Shown here: piece after piece, positions 9,211 through 19,251 of the stretch
Layout: every line of letters starts with the position of its first letter
Position numbering within the stretch: the first letter of the stretch is position 1
Assembly (NCBI GenBank): GCA_963713045.1
Contig: CAVQKE010000004.1
Location: forward strand, 800,001-864,000
DNA: 64,000 nt
Source: an uncultured delta proteobacterium
GTDB lineage: Bacteria; Myxococcota; Myxococcia; Myxococcales; Myxococcaceae
Direction: 5' to 3'
The notes under the pieces: model-generated
The model's database searches: none
Told to the model about the DNA's origin: nothing
The model's input: the letters and a program-made list of their open reading frames with translations, nothing else
Program-made: the position numbers and the translations under genes

Positions 9211-10662
9211 GTGACCATCGACCGCCGCTCGCTTCTCAAGTTCGCCGGCTTGGTGCCCATTCTGGGCCAGATGCCACGCCTTGCTTGGGCTGCCGGCGAC
9301 GTAACGGAGAAGACTGATTACGTCGTGCGCATCGGAACCGCGTTGGTGGAGCTAGCACCGGACCACATCGTCTCAACCACGGTTTACAACGGCCAGTTCC
9401 CAGGTCCACTCCTTCGCTTTAAGGAAAGGCAGCGTGCTGTCGTCGAAATTCACAACGACACGGACACGCCCGAACTGGTCCATTGGCACGGTCAGATGAT
9501 TCCCAGCGATGTCGATGGGGCTGCTGAAGAAGGGACGCCTTTCATCCCATCCCATGGGATGCGTCGGGTTGCTTTTGTGCCAAAGCCAGCGGGCTTTCGC
9601 TTCTACCATACGCACGTACCGGCGATGGACGACCTTAACCGCGGCACGTACACGGGCCAAGCCGGTCCCGTTTACATTGAACCGCGCGAGAACCCAGGCG
9701 CCTACGACCGCGAAGTCTTCTTGGTGATGAAGGAATTCCTTCCAACCTTCAGTCGTGGTGGAGATATGGCCATCGACGCACTGGCCGGTGCCTCGGTGAA
9801 GGCGCTGCAGCAAATGGGGAAGGCCGCCGACGAAGCGGCGCAGCAGAAGACAAAGGGGTTCGAAGTTGGCTATGAATTGTTCAGCATCAATGGCCGCCTT
9901 CTCGGGCACGCCGAGCCCATCCGAGTGCGGCAGGGCGAAAGAGTTCTCTTCCATGTGCTCAACGCGAGCGCGACAGAAATCCGCAGCCTGGCACTTCCCG
10001 GCCATGCATTCCGCATCGTCGCGCTTGATGGCAATCCCGTTCCCACGCAAGCCGACGTCCCCGTGCTCTGGTTGGGCACAGCTGAACGTGTCTCGGCAGT
10101 CGTCGAGATGAACCATCCCGGCGTTTGGGTTTTAGGCGACCTCGCCGATGACGACCGTCGACACGGAATGGGGACCGTCGTGGAATATGCGGGTCAACGC
10201 AGTAAGCCGCAATGGGCGAAGCCGAAGCCGTTTCGCTGGGACTACGCGCGATTCGGAAAACCGAATGCGACCGCGACCTCACCGGACGAAACATTCGAGA
10301 TAACCATTGTCAAACACAACGCTGCGCTCGGCGGATTCAACCAATGGACCCTCAACGGCGAGGCTTTCTCAATGGAGACCAGGAAACCGACGTATACGCT
10401 TCAACAGGGTCGCCGTTACCGACTGAAATTCCGAAACGCGAGCGACGACATCCATCCGCTGCATCTGCACCGGCACAGTTTCGAGCTGACACGCATCGCC
10501 GGAGCGTCGACCGCGGGAGTGATAAAGGACGTCGTCATGCTCGGTGGCTTTCAGGAGCTCGAATTTGATTTCGTTGCCAACAATCCGGGGCTTACCCTTT
10601 TCCACTGTCATCAGCAGTTGCACATGGACTTCGGATTCATGGCGCTGTTCAACTACGCGTAG
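9211..10662 (+). CDS. Tat-exported multicopper oxidase
   Basis: RRSLLK twin-Arg signal; HWHG, YHTH, HPLHLH and HCHQQLHM copper ligands. Confidence 0.93.
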   Translation: MTIDRRSLLKFAGLVPILGQMPRLAWAAGDVTEKTDYVVRIGTALVELAPDHIVSTTVYNGQFPGPLLRFKERQRAVVEIHNDTDTPELVHWHGQMIPSDVDGAAEEGTPFIPSHGMRRVAFVPKPAGFRFYHTHVPAMDDLNRGTYTGQAGPVYIEPRENPGAYDREVFLVMKEFLPTFSRGGDMAIDALAGASVKALQQMGKAADEAAQQKTKGFEVGYELFSINGRLLGHAEPIRVRQGERVLFHVLNASATEIRSLALPGHAFRIVALDGNPVPTQADVPVLWLGTAERVSAVVEMNHPGVWVLGDLADDDRRHGMGTVVEYAGQRSKPQWAKPKPFRWDYARFGKPNATATSPDETFEITIVKHNAALGGFNQWTLNGEAFSMETRKPTYTLQQGRRYRLKFRNASDDIHPLHLHRHSFELTRIAGASTAGVIKDVVMLGGFQELEFDFVANNPGLTLFHCHQQLHMDFGFMALFNYA

Positions 10663-10682
10663 CAGCCCAGTTCCGAGCGACC

Positions 10683-10886
10683 ATGACGACTAAGAAAGTC
10701 ATCCACGGGAAGAAGGCCACCATCGACTGGGAAGGTCCTTGGTGCATGGAAGAGGGCGCGGCGGTGCCAGCCGGCCTGCGCTATTGGATGGGGGCGACCG
10801 GCCAGGCGGTCACATGCCCACGCTGCCTCACTACTCAACGGAAGCGGCGGGCTGCTGGCGAACCAATGAAGCCTGGCAAGCACTAG
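10683..10886 (+). CDS. Small hypothetical protein with H...C...CxxC
   Basis: Follows the oxidase on the same strand; VTCPRC. Confidence 0.4.
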   Translation: MTTKKVIHGKKATIDWEGPWCMEEGAAVPAGLRYWMGATGQAVTCPRCLTTQRKRRAAGEPMKPGKH

Positions 10887-11076
10887 ACCCCTCCTCTGCT
10901 GAACTCAGCGCGGGGTCAGATTGAGGCTCGCTTCAGCCACATCCCACTGGTGAGGCCGCTGTCGCTCGACGAGCCATAGCCACAGGAGTGCTGTCACCGC
11001 GCATACGCCCCCGCAGGCGGCGTACGTTCGGCCGGCAGCGCTAGGGTGCAGGCGGCTCCTTACGCCTTCTTGTCGG

Positions 11077-11610
11077 TCAGCTGGGCTGGGACTCGCTTCC
11101 TCTTCTAAAGAAGAGTTCGACGAGTTTTCCCTCGCCCAAGACCCTGCCCAGTTCTCGAACGGCGAAGAGCGGAATGAAAGCGACGAGCGCTACCACGATG
11201 CGAGCGAGCATCTCGTACAGCCCGGGCCCCGACAGTTGGGGTAGCGCGCTGGCCAAAGGCCTTCCATGCACCAAGGCTCCCACGAAATGCTCAAGGACCG
11301 TGAAGAGGGCGACCACGACAGAGAAGACTGCAGTCTTCCAAAGCGTCGAGATTGCCAAACTGCGATCCCGAAAACGCTCTCCCAGGTGAAAGGCCTCCCC
11401 GATAAGAATTATTTTGGCCATCATAATCGACTCGATGAGGGCGTAGCCGTACTCGTAGTAGTCGATGTCGTATTCTCTGAGAAGGAGTCGCCGGTAAGTG
11501 GTCAACGAAACGAAAAAGGCAGCTAAGAACGCGGAAATGGCAATGAGCTCCCGCGTTTCGTGCACCACCACCTCGCGGACATGGCTCTTCTTGTTGACAT
11601 CCTCGGACAT
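11077..11610 (-). CDS. Hypothetical integral membrane protein
   Basis: About 4 hydrophobic segments; GAGG upstream of the ATG. Confidence 0.75.
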   Translation of the reverse strand: MSEDVNKKSHVREVVVHETRELIAISAFLAAFFVSLTTYRRLLLREYDIDYYEYGYALIESIMMAKIILIGEAFHLGERFRDRSLAISTLWKTAVFSVVVALFTVLEHFVGALVHGRPLASALPQLSGPGLYEMLARIVVALVAFIPLFAVRELGRVLGEGKLVELFFRRGSESQPS

Positions 11611-11813
11611 GGCCCTCACCTCGGCGTTTCGGCGAATTGTTAGTTCCGACCAATCACCTGCCGGTATCTATCCTGACGGAATGGCTGCTTAGCCTAGATG
11701 GCGGCGGCGAGGACACTTCAGGGGGGTTGTGCCCACTCTGTGCTCGAGCAACCGCTGGCGAGCGAAGGGCCTACGGCGACACAAATCAGCTTCGGCTGCT
11801 CCTCCCGCCGCGG

Positions 11814-12209
11814 CTATCGCGCGTGGGGTGAATCCTCCGAAGGCTGCCTCAACTCGCCAAGGGCCTGCTCGAGGGCGGCCATCACTCTGGCCCCACCGAG
11901 AGGACGCTCCAGGACAGCGACCACCGGGCTGTGGAAAAGGATCGGGATCGCCCGAGAGGTGACGATAGCAACGGCGCGCACGTCCATTCGACGAAGGTCC
12001 GCAACCAGGTCGACTTGGGTCTCGTCGAGGAGAATCACCATCGGGCCCGGCTTGATTTCGATGACCGCTTGCAGGCGCTTCGCGGTCGTGAAGGTCACTC
12101 GACCGAGTGTATCCCTCAAAAGCTCCGGCAGCTCCGGGTCGGTGGCGATGACCAAGACAGAGGTGGACACCTTAGGGCGCCCGCGGTTGAGCGAGGGCTC
12201 GGGAAGCAT
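11814..12209 (-). CDS. Degenerate receiver-like hypothetical protein
   Basis: beta/alpha pattern VLVIATD...VILLDE...VLERP; follows the response regulator. Confidence 0.5.
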   Translation of the reverse strand: MLPEPSLNRGRPKVSTSVLVIATDPELPELLRDTLGRVTFTTAKRLQAVIEIKPGPMVILLDETQVDLVADLRRMDVRAVAIVTSRAIPILFHSPVVAVLERPLGGARVMAALEQALGELRQPSEDSPHAR

Positions 12210-12585
12210 CGTCAACCATTCGAGTCAGCTCCCCAAGGTCAACGGGCTTCTGCACCCGACCGAGGACTAGGGGATGGTGCTGAGCGACTCGCTCGACGGA
12301 ATGGTGGGCTGAAACGAGGACAACGCGCACCTTCGAGGCGTGAGGCCCTCGGGCAAGCTCGTTCAGCAACTGCTGGCCACTGACTCGCGGCAGCATGAGG
12401 TCGAGCAGGACCACCAGCGGGGTCTCAGACCGGTCAATTGCAAGGAGCGCCCGGAACGCATCCCCAGCCGTGGTGACCGAGTAGCCCAATTCCTCAAACT
12501 TCTCCTGAAGGAAGGAGCAGAAGAACGGCTGGTCATCGACCACCAGCAGTCGAGGCCCGTTTCCGTGAGAGTGTGTTTTTCCCAT
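12172..12585 (-). CDS. Single-domain response regulator (REC)
   Basis: LLVVDD, LLDLMLP (phospho-Asp), VSA, QKP. Confidence 0.9.
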   Translation of the reverse strand: MGKTHSHGNGPRLLVVDDQPFFCSFLQEKFEELGYSVTTAGDAFRALLAIDRSETPLVVLLDLMLPRVSGQQLLNELARGPHASKVRVVLVSAHHSVERVAQHHPLVLGRVQKPVDLGELTRMVDDASRALAQPRAP

Positions 12586-12769
12586 GGCAACGGCACAATG
12601 GCATGCCCGGTGCCTAGAAAGGAAGCCCGCGCTGTGCGTCTACAGCCCGCTGTGCGCCATTGTCCAAAATCAGACGCTTGGCCAGTCTCAGAAACTCGGC
12701 CCAAGCGCGTCCTCGTCGCCCCTCAGTCGCGAACGCCACTTAGCCGCCCTTTCAGCCAGTCGTTGCTGC

Positions 12770-13990
12770 CTACTCAGTCAGGGGGGTGCGGACGCAGTTG
12801 TTGGTGAGCGGAATCTTCGCGCTGGGCGCAGCCACCATCTCGAAATCCGAAACCTGCAGCGCCGCCAAGTCGTGCGAGCCAAGGAAGGAAGCAGCGGTCG
12901 CATCCATGGTGAGGGGAATGTTCCCGCCGTCGTCGAGGAACATGCCGTACGTCTGAAGTGCGACGGCGACGGCCTTGGCCGAGGCATTGGGAAGGGCTGA
13001 CAAGTCAAAGCTCGCCTTGAGCCGAAATCGAGCGGTGTAGGGCGGATAGGTGGCGGACCCGGACGGAGCCCCGGCATGGGTTCCCGGATGCACGTACACC
13101 CCCTGCGCCATGGACGCGTTGGGCAAGATGAATCGCAGTGCGTGTGGAACCACTCCAGCCTGCAGTTCAGCCCCGGTCACGAGTAGCGCAGCGATGGGCA
13201 TGCCCGCAGCATCCGCGCTGGTGCACTGGTCTCCGCGGCTATAGGGGGTTCCCGGCTGCCAATAGTCATGCGTCAAGTCCCACACGACTTCGCACAGCGT
13301 CGTGAACGGACTTCCCGTCGCCTGGCCTCCAGTAATGTTGGTGTTGTAGAGCTCGTACAGCCGCGTGCCTTGGTACACGAGTACGTGACAATCGCCTTGG
13401 CCCGGCGTGTTGTACGAGGTGTCACAGGCGTAGTCGTTCGAGCCTTCTGCGTTGCCCCCTGGCGGAAGGGGGACAGCCGTCATGTCGCAGTCGGGTGTGT
13501 AGTAGCCACTCGCCGGTGTGAAGGCGCGCGGCTGCACCGAGCTGTCTGCGTGCAAGATGGTCAGGCTGAAGTCAATCTGCATATTCCCTGAGCCCCAGCC
13601 CACCCCGGCCAGCTGGGCGATGACTTGGGCCGAATTGGGGTCGAGAGGCGCTGAGGAGATGTCCTCGTAGAAGATGGAGGTCGGTGGAAACGCCCCGTTC
13701 TGGCTCCCCTGGCCCGCGTCTCCCGCAGGCCCCGCATCGCCGCCGTCAGTTGCGCCCCCGTCGACCGCAGGGGCGCCGCTGTCCAAGCCGGAGCCCCCGC
13801 CGTCCAAATTACCTGCGCTGTCCGTGGGGGCGCCGAGGAGCCCGGTGCATGCGCCTAGGGCCAGAAGCGCGCTGTACACCGCTGTCCGCAGGATGCGATT
13901 CGACCGCAATCGGCTCGACGCCGAGGCCAACCGCCGTCCCTCCACGGCTGGCGCCGCCATCGCCTCGCCCGTTGCGCACCCGCTCGCCAC
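12770..13990 (-). CDS. Secreted/lipoprotein of unknown function
   Basis: LGAC lipobox, DGG/DAG linker and a globular domain (SADAAGMP...HALRF). Start uncertain. Confidence 0.75.
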   Translation of the reverse strand: MASGCATGEAMAAPAVEGRRLASASSRLRSNRILRTAVYSALLALGACTGLLGAPTDSAGNLDGGGSGLDSGAPAVDGGATDGGDAGPAGDAGQGSQNGAFPPTSIFYEDISSAPLDPNSAQVIAQLAGVGWGSGNMQIDFSLTILHADSSVQPRAFTPASGYYTPDCDMTAVPLPPGGNAEGSNDYACDTSYNTPGQGDCHVLVYQGTRLYELYNTNITGGQATGSPFTTLCEVVWDLTHDYWQPGTPYSRGDQCTSADAAGMPIAALLVTGAELQAGVVPHALRFILPNASMAQGVYVHPGTHAGAPSGSATYPPYTARFRLKASFDLSALPNASAKAVAVALQTYGMFLDDGGNIPLTMDATAASFLGSHDLAALQVSDFEMVAAPSAKIPLTNNCVRTPLTE

Positions 13991-14148
13991 GGCTGCAGCA
14001 AATCGAAATTGAGCTGGGACTGCGATGTAGTCAGCCAGCGGTCGTTGTCAGTTACCTTGAGGGGCCAGCCTTCGCCGCGGTGGTTTCTAAACGTGTCTAG
14101 GACAGGGTGGGACCAAGCTCAACAGAGTTGCCTGCAGCTGGCTTGTCA

Positions 14149-14661
14149 TCAGGGGGAGGGACGGGCCAGCAAATCGGGGACCGCAACGGGGGATGTCAGC
14201 TCGCGCTTTACTCCGTTAAAGTCCTGAAAAAGCCGTTGATGACGCACGAGAGAACAGCTCTCGTCGCGAGTGTAGTAGGCCCGCACCCACTCGAGAAGAA
14301 AGTCAAGCAACCTGTTCTGCTCATCCGGGCTGGCGAACTTGTGCGGCTCCCAGCTTCGGGCGCGACAATGGGCCAAGCACACTGCCTCCCCTGGGTTCAG
14401 GAACACCAACTCCGTGCACTGCGTGCTCGCCAGTTGAATCCACTCGCTGTAGCAGCCCTCGATCACCCAGTGCGTGTGAGCCTCGAGAAAGTTTTGTAGG
14501 TCCTGCTGCACCAAGACTGCCGGACGCGGCACCGCGACGCGCCGTGGCTCCCAAACCAGAGTGTCCAAATCCAGATGAACAAGGCACCCGCGTCGCGCGA
14601 GCCCAGCAGCGTAGGTGCTCTTTCCCGAACCGGCGTTGCCGAACACAAGGACGCGCGCCAT
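14149..14661 (-). CDS. P-loop kinase (adenylate/shikimate kinase-like)
   Basis: VLVFGNAGSGKST, HLDLD, WVIEGCY. Confidence 0.85.
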   Translation of the reverse strand: MARVLVFGNAGSGKSTYAAGLARRGCLVHLDLDTLVWEPRRVAVPRPAVLVQQDLQNFLEAHTHWVIEGCYSEWIQLASTQCTELVFLNPGEAVCLAHCRARSWEPHKFASPDEQNRLLDFLLEWVRAYYTRDESCSLVRHQRLFQDFNGVKRELTSPVAVPDLLARPSP

Positions 14662-14821
14662 TTGCTGCACGTTAGTCCTGGGCGCGCCGTCGCCCAACGG
14701 CTAACACTCCCCCGTCGAACCGCTCTGGTTTGACGGCCCGGGAGCCCTTTACCTTCTAAGCGTTGCAGCCCAGACTTATTCATGCGCTGACTCTTAAAAC
14801 CTTCCCGAAAGGAGTTGTGCC

Positions 14822-15424
14822 GTGAAACTTTTTTACGCACCGGGAGCCTGTTCTCTGTCTCCCCACATTGTCCTTCGCGAAGCTGGTATCCCGTACCAAC
14901 TTGAAAAGGTCGACCTTCGGACGCATACGGCAGACGGAGCCGACTTTTACGCCATCAACCCGAAAGGCTATGTCCCAGCGCTGCAGTTCGAGGACGGACG
15001 CGTTCTGACCGAAGGGCCCGCCATCATCCAATACCTGGCGGATCGCGCACCTGAGAGCAAACTGGCACCGGCGGCTGGAACTTTCGAGCGCGCGCGGCTT
15101 CAGGAGTGGCTGAACTACATCAGCACAGAGCTCCACAAGAGTCTCGGGGCATTCTTCAACCCGAAGCTGCCGGATGAAGTTCGGCAGTCGACCCTGAACA
15201 TCCTCGACAAGAAGTTCGACTACCTCTCCAAGCAGCTCGCTGGGCGAACGTTTTTGCTCGGTGACACCTTTAGCGTCGCTGACGCCTACCTGTACACCAT
15301 CCTTCGCTGGACCGACCGTTTCAAAATCGACCTCGGAAAGTGGCCGGTGCTCCAAGCTTACATGGACCGGGTTGCAGCTCGGCCCGCTGTCCAGGCGTCC
15401 CTCAAGGAAGAGGGCCTCTCCTAG
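14822..15424 (+). CDS. gstA: Glutathione S-transferase (beta class)
   Basis: MKLFYAPGACSLSPHIVLRE...NPKGYVPAL...LTEGPAIIQYLAD; AAAGGAG RBS. Confidence 0.93.
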   Translation: MKLFYAPGACSLSPHIVLREAGIPYQLEKVDLRTHTADGADFYAINPKGYVPALQFEDGRVLTEGPAIIQYLADRAPESKLAPAAGTFERARLQEWLNYISTELHKSLGAFFNPKLPDEVRQSTLNILDKKFDYLSKQLAGRTFLLGDTFSVADAYLYTILRWTDRFKIDLGKWPVLQAYMDRVAARPAVQASLKEEGLS

Positions 15425-15939
15425 AGAAGTCGCGCCATGGCATGGACGAATGGAGCGTCTGGAGGCGGCCCCAGCTCGTTCCAGCCGCACCGAAGGTAGA
15501 AGCGTAACGCGCGCACGTTGGTTGGACTCACGTTGAGGGTCGCCGAGCGGTAGCCCTGGTCTCGGAGCACATCCACCGCATAGGCATCGAGTTGCCGTGC
15601 GAGGCCACGCCCGCGCCATTGGGGGACGAGGTAGTAAAGGTTGACGTGTCCGGTGCTGGGCTCCGTCTCGGATGAGCCGAGCACCACCTGCCCGACAATG
15701 CGGTCCCCCAACCACGCGTTGACGGCGTTTCGTGGGTCTTGGTGCAGCTTCTCGCCGAGGCGTTCAACCCATCTTCGGCCATCCCGCCCAGCCTCGGCCC
15801 AAAACCGCTCCGCGTTGCCAAACGAGCAGACGAATGCGTCTTCGCTGAACTGCACCGCGAGCGCGCCGTCGCCGGGTAGGCCAATCGGGCGGAAGACGAG
15901 TGCCTCGGCGGCCGCCACGGAGTTCGAATCTTCTGCCAT
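15421..15939 (-). CDS. GNAT N-acetyltransferase
   Basis: YLVPQWRGRGLA acetyl-CoA motif; N.RALRFYLRCGW. Confidence 0.85.
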   Translation of the reverse strand: MAEDSNSVAAAEALVFRPIGLPGDGALAVQFSEDAFVCSFGNAERFWAEAGRDGRRWVERLGEKLHQDPRNAVNAWLGDRIVGQVVLGSSETEPSTGHVNLYYLVPQWRGRGLARQLDAYAVDVLRDQGYRSATLNVSPTNVRALRFYLRCGWNELGPPPDAPFVHAMARLL

Positions 15940-16104
15940 TCCCAACGGTGTACACGGCTTCGGAGGCTAGCGTCGGCCCAGTGGGCTGCCTCACGCCTCT
16001 GCGGAATTATCCGTCCGGATGGTCTCGGCGGCCCGACGTCTCTCGCGGTGCGCGAAGGCGTGAGGCCCACGCGGGAAGCACAGCTTCACAAGCCGCTCAG
16101 CACT

Positions 16105-16890
16105 TCAGCCAATCTGAACGCTCAACATCGAGACCGACCCTCCGTCGATACCCAAGACTGGAAAGCCGACCGGTTCCGCATCTCCTTGAAGTCCCAGCAC
16201 GTACAACAGCGGCAGATAGTGGTCGGCCGTTGGCACCGCCAGCAACGCGTCCGGGCCGAGGGTCGCATACTCAACGAGCGGCTGGTGGTTGCGGGCCAGG
16301 ACCAGCTCTTTGACACGTCGCTCAAATCTGACGGCCCATTCGTATGGGACCACCGGATGGGCGCCCCAGGCGTAAGCCTCGAGGTTATGGACCAGGTTGC
16401 CGCTCCCAAGCACGAGCACACCTTCGTCACGAAGCGCCTTGAGCTTGTGTCCGAGCGCAAGATGGAACACAGGCGGTTGGGTGCGGTCGATACTCAACTG
16501 GATAACTGGGACGTCAGCGCGGGGGAACATTCGGACCAACACGGACCAGGTTCCGTGGTCCAGACCCCAGTCGGTTGCTGCCGTGACCGGAGTTGGGAGG
16601 AGCATCTGGCGGATTCGCTCGGCCAAAGCCGGGTCTCCGGGCGCTGGATACTGCACCGCGTATAACTCGGGCGGGAAGCCGCCGAAGTCGTGGATGGTCT
16701 TCGGGTGCTCTTCGGCGGTGACGCGCGAACCCCGGACGTACCAATGCGCAGAAAGCGCCAACACCGCCCGCGGCAGAGGGATCGCTCGACCCAGCGCTTC
16801 CCACACTGTTGTCCATTGGTTGCCAACAATCGCGTTCATCGGATTGCCGTGCCCGATGAAGAGGGCGGGCATCTTGGGTGGGGTTGCCAT
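16105..16890 (-). CDS. ygiD: 4,5-DOPA extradiol dioxygenase family
   Basis: FIGHGNPMNA, SAHW, IHDFGGFP, GLDHGTW, GSGNLVHNL, DHYLPL. Confidence 0.92.
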   Translation of the reverse strand: MATPPKMPALFIGHGNPMNAIVGNQWTTVWEALGRAIPLPRAVLALSAHWYVRGSRVTAEEHPKTIHDFGGFPPELYAVQYPAPGDPALAERIRQMLLPTPVTAATDWGLDHGTWSVLVRMFPRADVPVIQLSIDRTQPPVFHLALGHKLKALRDEGVLVLGSGNLVHNLEAYAWGAHPVVPYEWAVRFERRVKELVLARNHQPLVEYATLGPDALLAVPTADHYLPLLYVLGLQGDAEPVGFPVLGIDGGSVSMLSVQIG

Positions 16891-16965
16891 GTGCCTTCCT
16901 CGAGTCGCAAGGCCGCCAGGCGCGGCCGCTTCGACACCTCGACACTTTAGTCGGGCGGCTGGGCC

Positions 16966-17643
16966 TCAGGCGGGCTTCTGGGGTGGTAGTTGGCGCAGAA
17001 GACCGGGCCGGTGGGTCAGCCGGAGGCCGCTGTACACCCGAGCGTCAGCGAAGCGTGGGACGTTGCAAGGACGGCTATTCCACCAGTTCATGACGACAGC
17101 CAGTCGCAGTTGCCCGCCGCGCCGTACCCGGCGACCGGGGACCTGATTGTCGGCGTCCAGGACGCCATGCGTGAGGTTGCCGTCAAACCAAACGAAGCGG
17201 TTGGGGCGAGGGCCGGCGAGGTCAGCGTCCAGGGGCGCCGGAACGCAGGATGGGTTTCGAGGGTTGGGCTCTTGGGCGGTGACGGCCAAAGCACCGCCCC
17301 GGACGCGGTTGAGGAAAAGGACGGAGGAGAACCGCGGGTACCGAAGTCCTCCGCCGCGCAAGACGAGTTTTTCGTCGCGGTCTCGGTGGAAATCGACACT
17401 GATGTGGTTTGTCTTCATTCGCGACAACCACCATTCAACGCCCCTCACCCGCTCTCCGGGGACGAATGTCCTGAGAAAGACGGCCGCCTGCTCGACGACC
17501 GAGGTAGGAAGGCCAAAGTCGAACCAGAACGTCGTTTGGTAAGTCTGTCGTAGTCGCTCGCCGGCGAGCGCACGAACGCCGGAGCGTAGTCGCTGAAACA
17601 GCGACCCCGGCAAAGCATCGTCGTAAAGGAAAAGCAGACTCAC
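16966..17643 (-). CDS. 2OG-Fe(II) oxygenase-like protein
   Basis: HxD (FHRD), distal His (THGV), Arg (RLAVVMNWW). Start taken at the GTG at 17643. Confidence 0.7.
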   Translation of the reverse strand: MSLLFLYDDALPGSLFQRLRSGVRALAGERLRQTYQTTFWFDFGLPTSVVEQAAVFLRTFVPGERVRGVEWWLSRMKTNHISVDFHRDRDEKLVLRGGGLRYPRFSSVLFLNRVRGGALAVTAQEPNPRNPSCVPAPLDADLAGPRPNRFVWFDGNLTHGVLDADNQVPGRRVRRGGQLRLAVVMNWWNSRPCNVPRFADARVYSGLRLTHRPGLLRQLPPQKPA

Positions 17644-17705
17644 CGACGGTGGTATCGCATATAAGGCTTCGCCGCGGCACCGTACGAGAGCGACCGGAGT
17701 CGTCC

Positions 17706-19238
17706 ATGGCACACGCTGACTCTATTGCTGAGCTGCTCAAACGAGGTGCTGCTACCTCCCCTGCCGTTAGTGCCCCCGAAGGCGTTCGTTCCCTGAGCTA
17801 CGGAAAGCTGCAAGCCCTAGCCACGCAAACGCTGCAGACACTCAATGCACTCGGCCTTGGCCGCGACGACCGAATCGCCATCGTGCTTCCGAATGGTCCG
17901 GAAATGGCTTCGGCGTTCATCTGCGTCGCGGCCTGTGCCACCACCGCCCCACTGAATCCCAACTACCGCGCCGATGAGTTCGAGTTTTACCTTCGAGACC
18001 TCAAGGCCAAGGCGCTCGTGCTCGAGACCGACTCCGATTCGCCCGCCCGAGACGTGGCTTCTAAGCTGTCCGTTCCGGTTCTCGAACTCAAAGCACAGCG
18101 CTCAGAAGGCGCCGGCTATTTTACGCTCAGCCCCGTGGATGGCCTTGCCAACGCGGCGGTTCGCACTGGATTTGCAGGCAGCGAGGACACTGCGCTCGTG
18201 CTCCATACCTCCGGGACGACATCCCGACCCAAACTGGTCCCGTTGCTGCAGCGCAATGTTCTGGCCAGCGCCGCCCACATCGGAAGCACCCTTTCCCTGA
18301 ACCCACACGACGTCTGTCTCAACATTATGCCGTTGTTCCACATCCACGGCCTCATCGCCGCGACGCTTTCCTCAATCGGCGCAGGCGCTCAAGTGTGCTG
18401 CAGCCCCGGGTTCAACGCGCTGAAGTTCTTCTCCTGGTTCGATGAGATTCGCCCGACCTGGTACACCGCGGTCCCCACAATGCATCAAGCCATCCTGGCG
18501 CGCGCTGGGCGCAACGCTGCGATTTTGGGGCGGTCCCGACTCCGCTTTATCCGCTCTTCATCGGCCTCTCTACCGCCGCAAGTCATGGCCGACTTGGAAC
18601 GCGTTTTTCGAGTCCCGGTCATCGAAAGCTACGGGATGACCGAGGCCGCACACCAAATGGCTTCCAATCCGTTGCCGCCGCGACCGCGAAAACCAGGCTC
18701 GGTCGGGATCGCCGCCGGGCCGGAAATCGCGATTCTCAACGAGGATGGGCGGCAGCTGGCAGGCGAGGAGATAGGAGAAGTGGCCATTCGGGGACCCAAC
18801 GTGACGCCTGGCTATGAGGCCAACCCCGAAGCCAATTCGAAAGCCTTCACCAACGGCTGGTTTCGTACCGGAGATCAGGGATTCCTCGACGCGGAGGGCT
18901 ACCTGCGTCTCACCGGACGCTTGAAGGAGCTCATCAACCGCGGGGGCGAGAAATTTTCTCCCCTCGAAGTCGACGAGGTCCTGATGGACCATCCGGCGGT
19001 TGCGCAAGTTGTGACGTTTGCAATCCCCCACGACAAACTCGGCGAGGAGGCCGCCGCCGCAGTGGTGCTTCGCGAAGGCCAAGCTGCTACCGAACGAGAG
19101 CTCCGCGATTTCGCAGCGACGCGGCTGGTGGACTTTAAAGTGCCTCGAAGAATCGTGATTCTTACCGAGATCCCCAAAGGGGCCACTGGCAAGTTGCAGC
19201 GAATTGGTCTCGCTTCCAAGTTGGGATTGGCACCGTGA
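17706..19238 (+). CDS. Acyl-CoA synthetase, oxalate--CoA ligase-like
   Basis: LHTSGTTSRPK, MPLFHIHG, ESYGMTEAAHQMASNPLPP, IPKGATGKLQR. Confidence 0.88.
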   Translation: MAHADSIAELLKRGAATSPAVSAPEGVRSLSYGKLQALATQTLQTLNALGLGRDDRIAIVLPNGPEMASAFICVAACATTAPLNPNYRADEFEFYLRDLKAKALVLETDSDSPARDVASKLSVPVLELKAQRSEGAGYFTLSPVDGLANAAVRTGFAGSEDTALVLHTSGTTSRPKLVPLLQRNVLASAAHIGSTLSLNPHDVCLNIMPLFHIHGLIAATLSSIGAGAQVCCSPGFNALKFFSWFDEIRPTWYTAVPTMHQAILARAGRNAAILGRSRLRFIRSSSASLPPQVMADLERVFRVPVIESYGMTEAAHQMASNPLPPRPRKPGSVGIAAGPEIAILNEDGRQLAGEEIGEVAIRGPNVTPGYEANPEANSKAFTNGWFRTGDQGFLDAEGYLRLTGRLKELINRGGEKFSPLEVDEVLMDHPAVAQVVTFAIPHDKLGEEAAAAVVLREGQAATERELRDFAATRLVDFKVPRRIVILTEIPKGATGKLQRIGLASKLGLAP

Positions 19239-19251
19239 GGACCTGGAAGCG

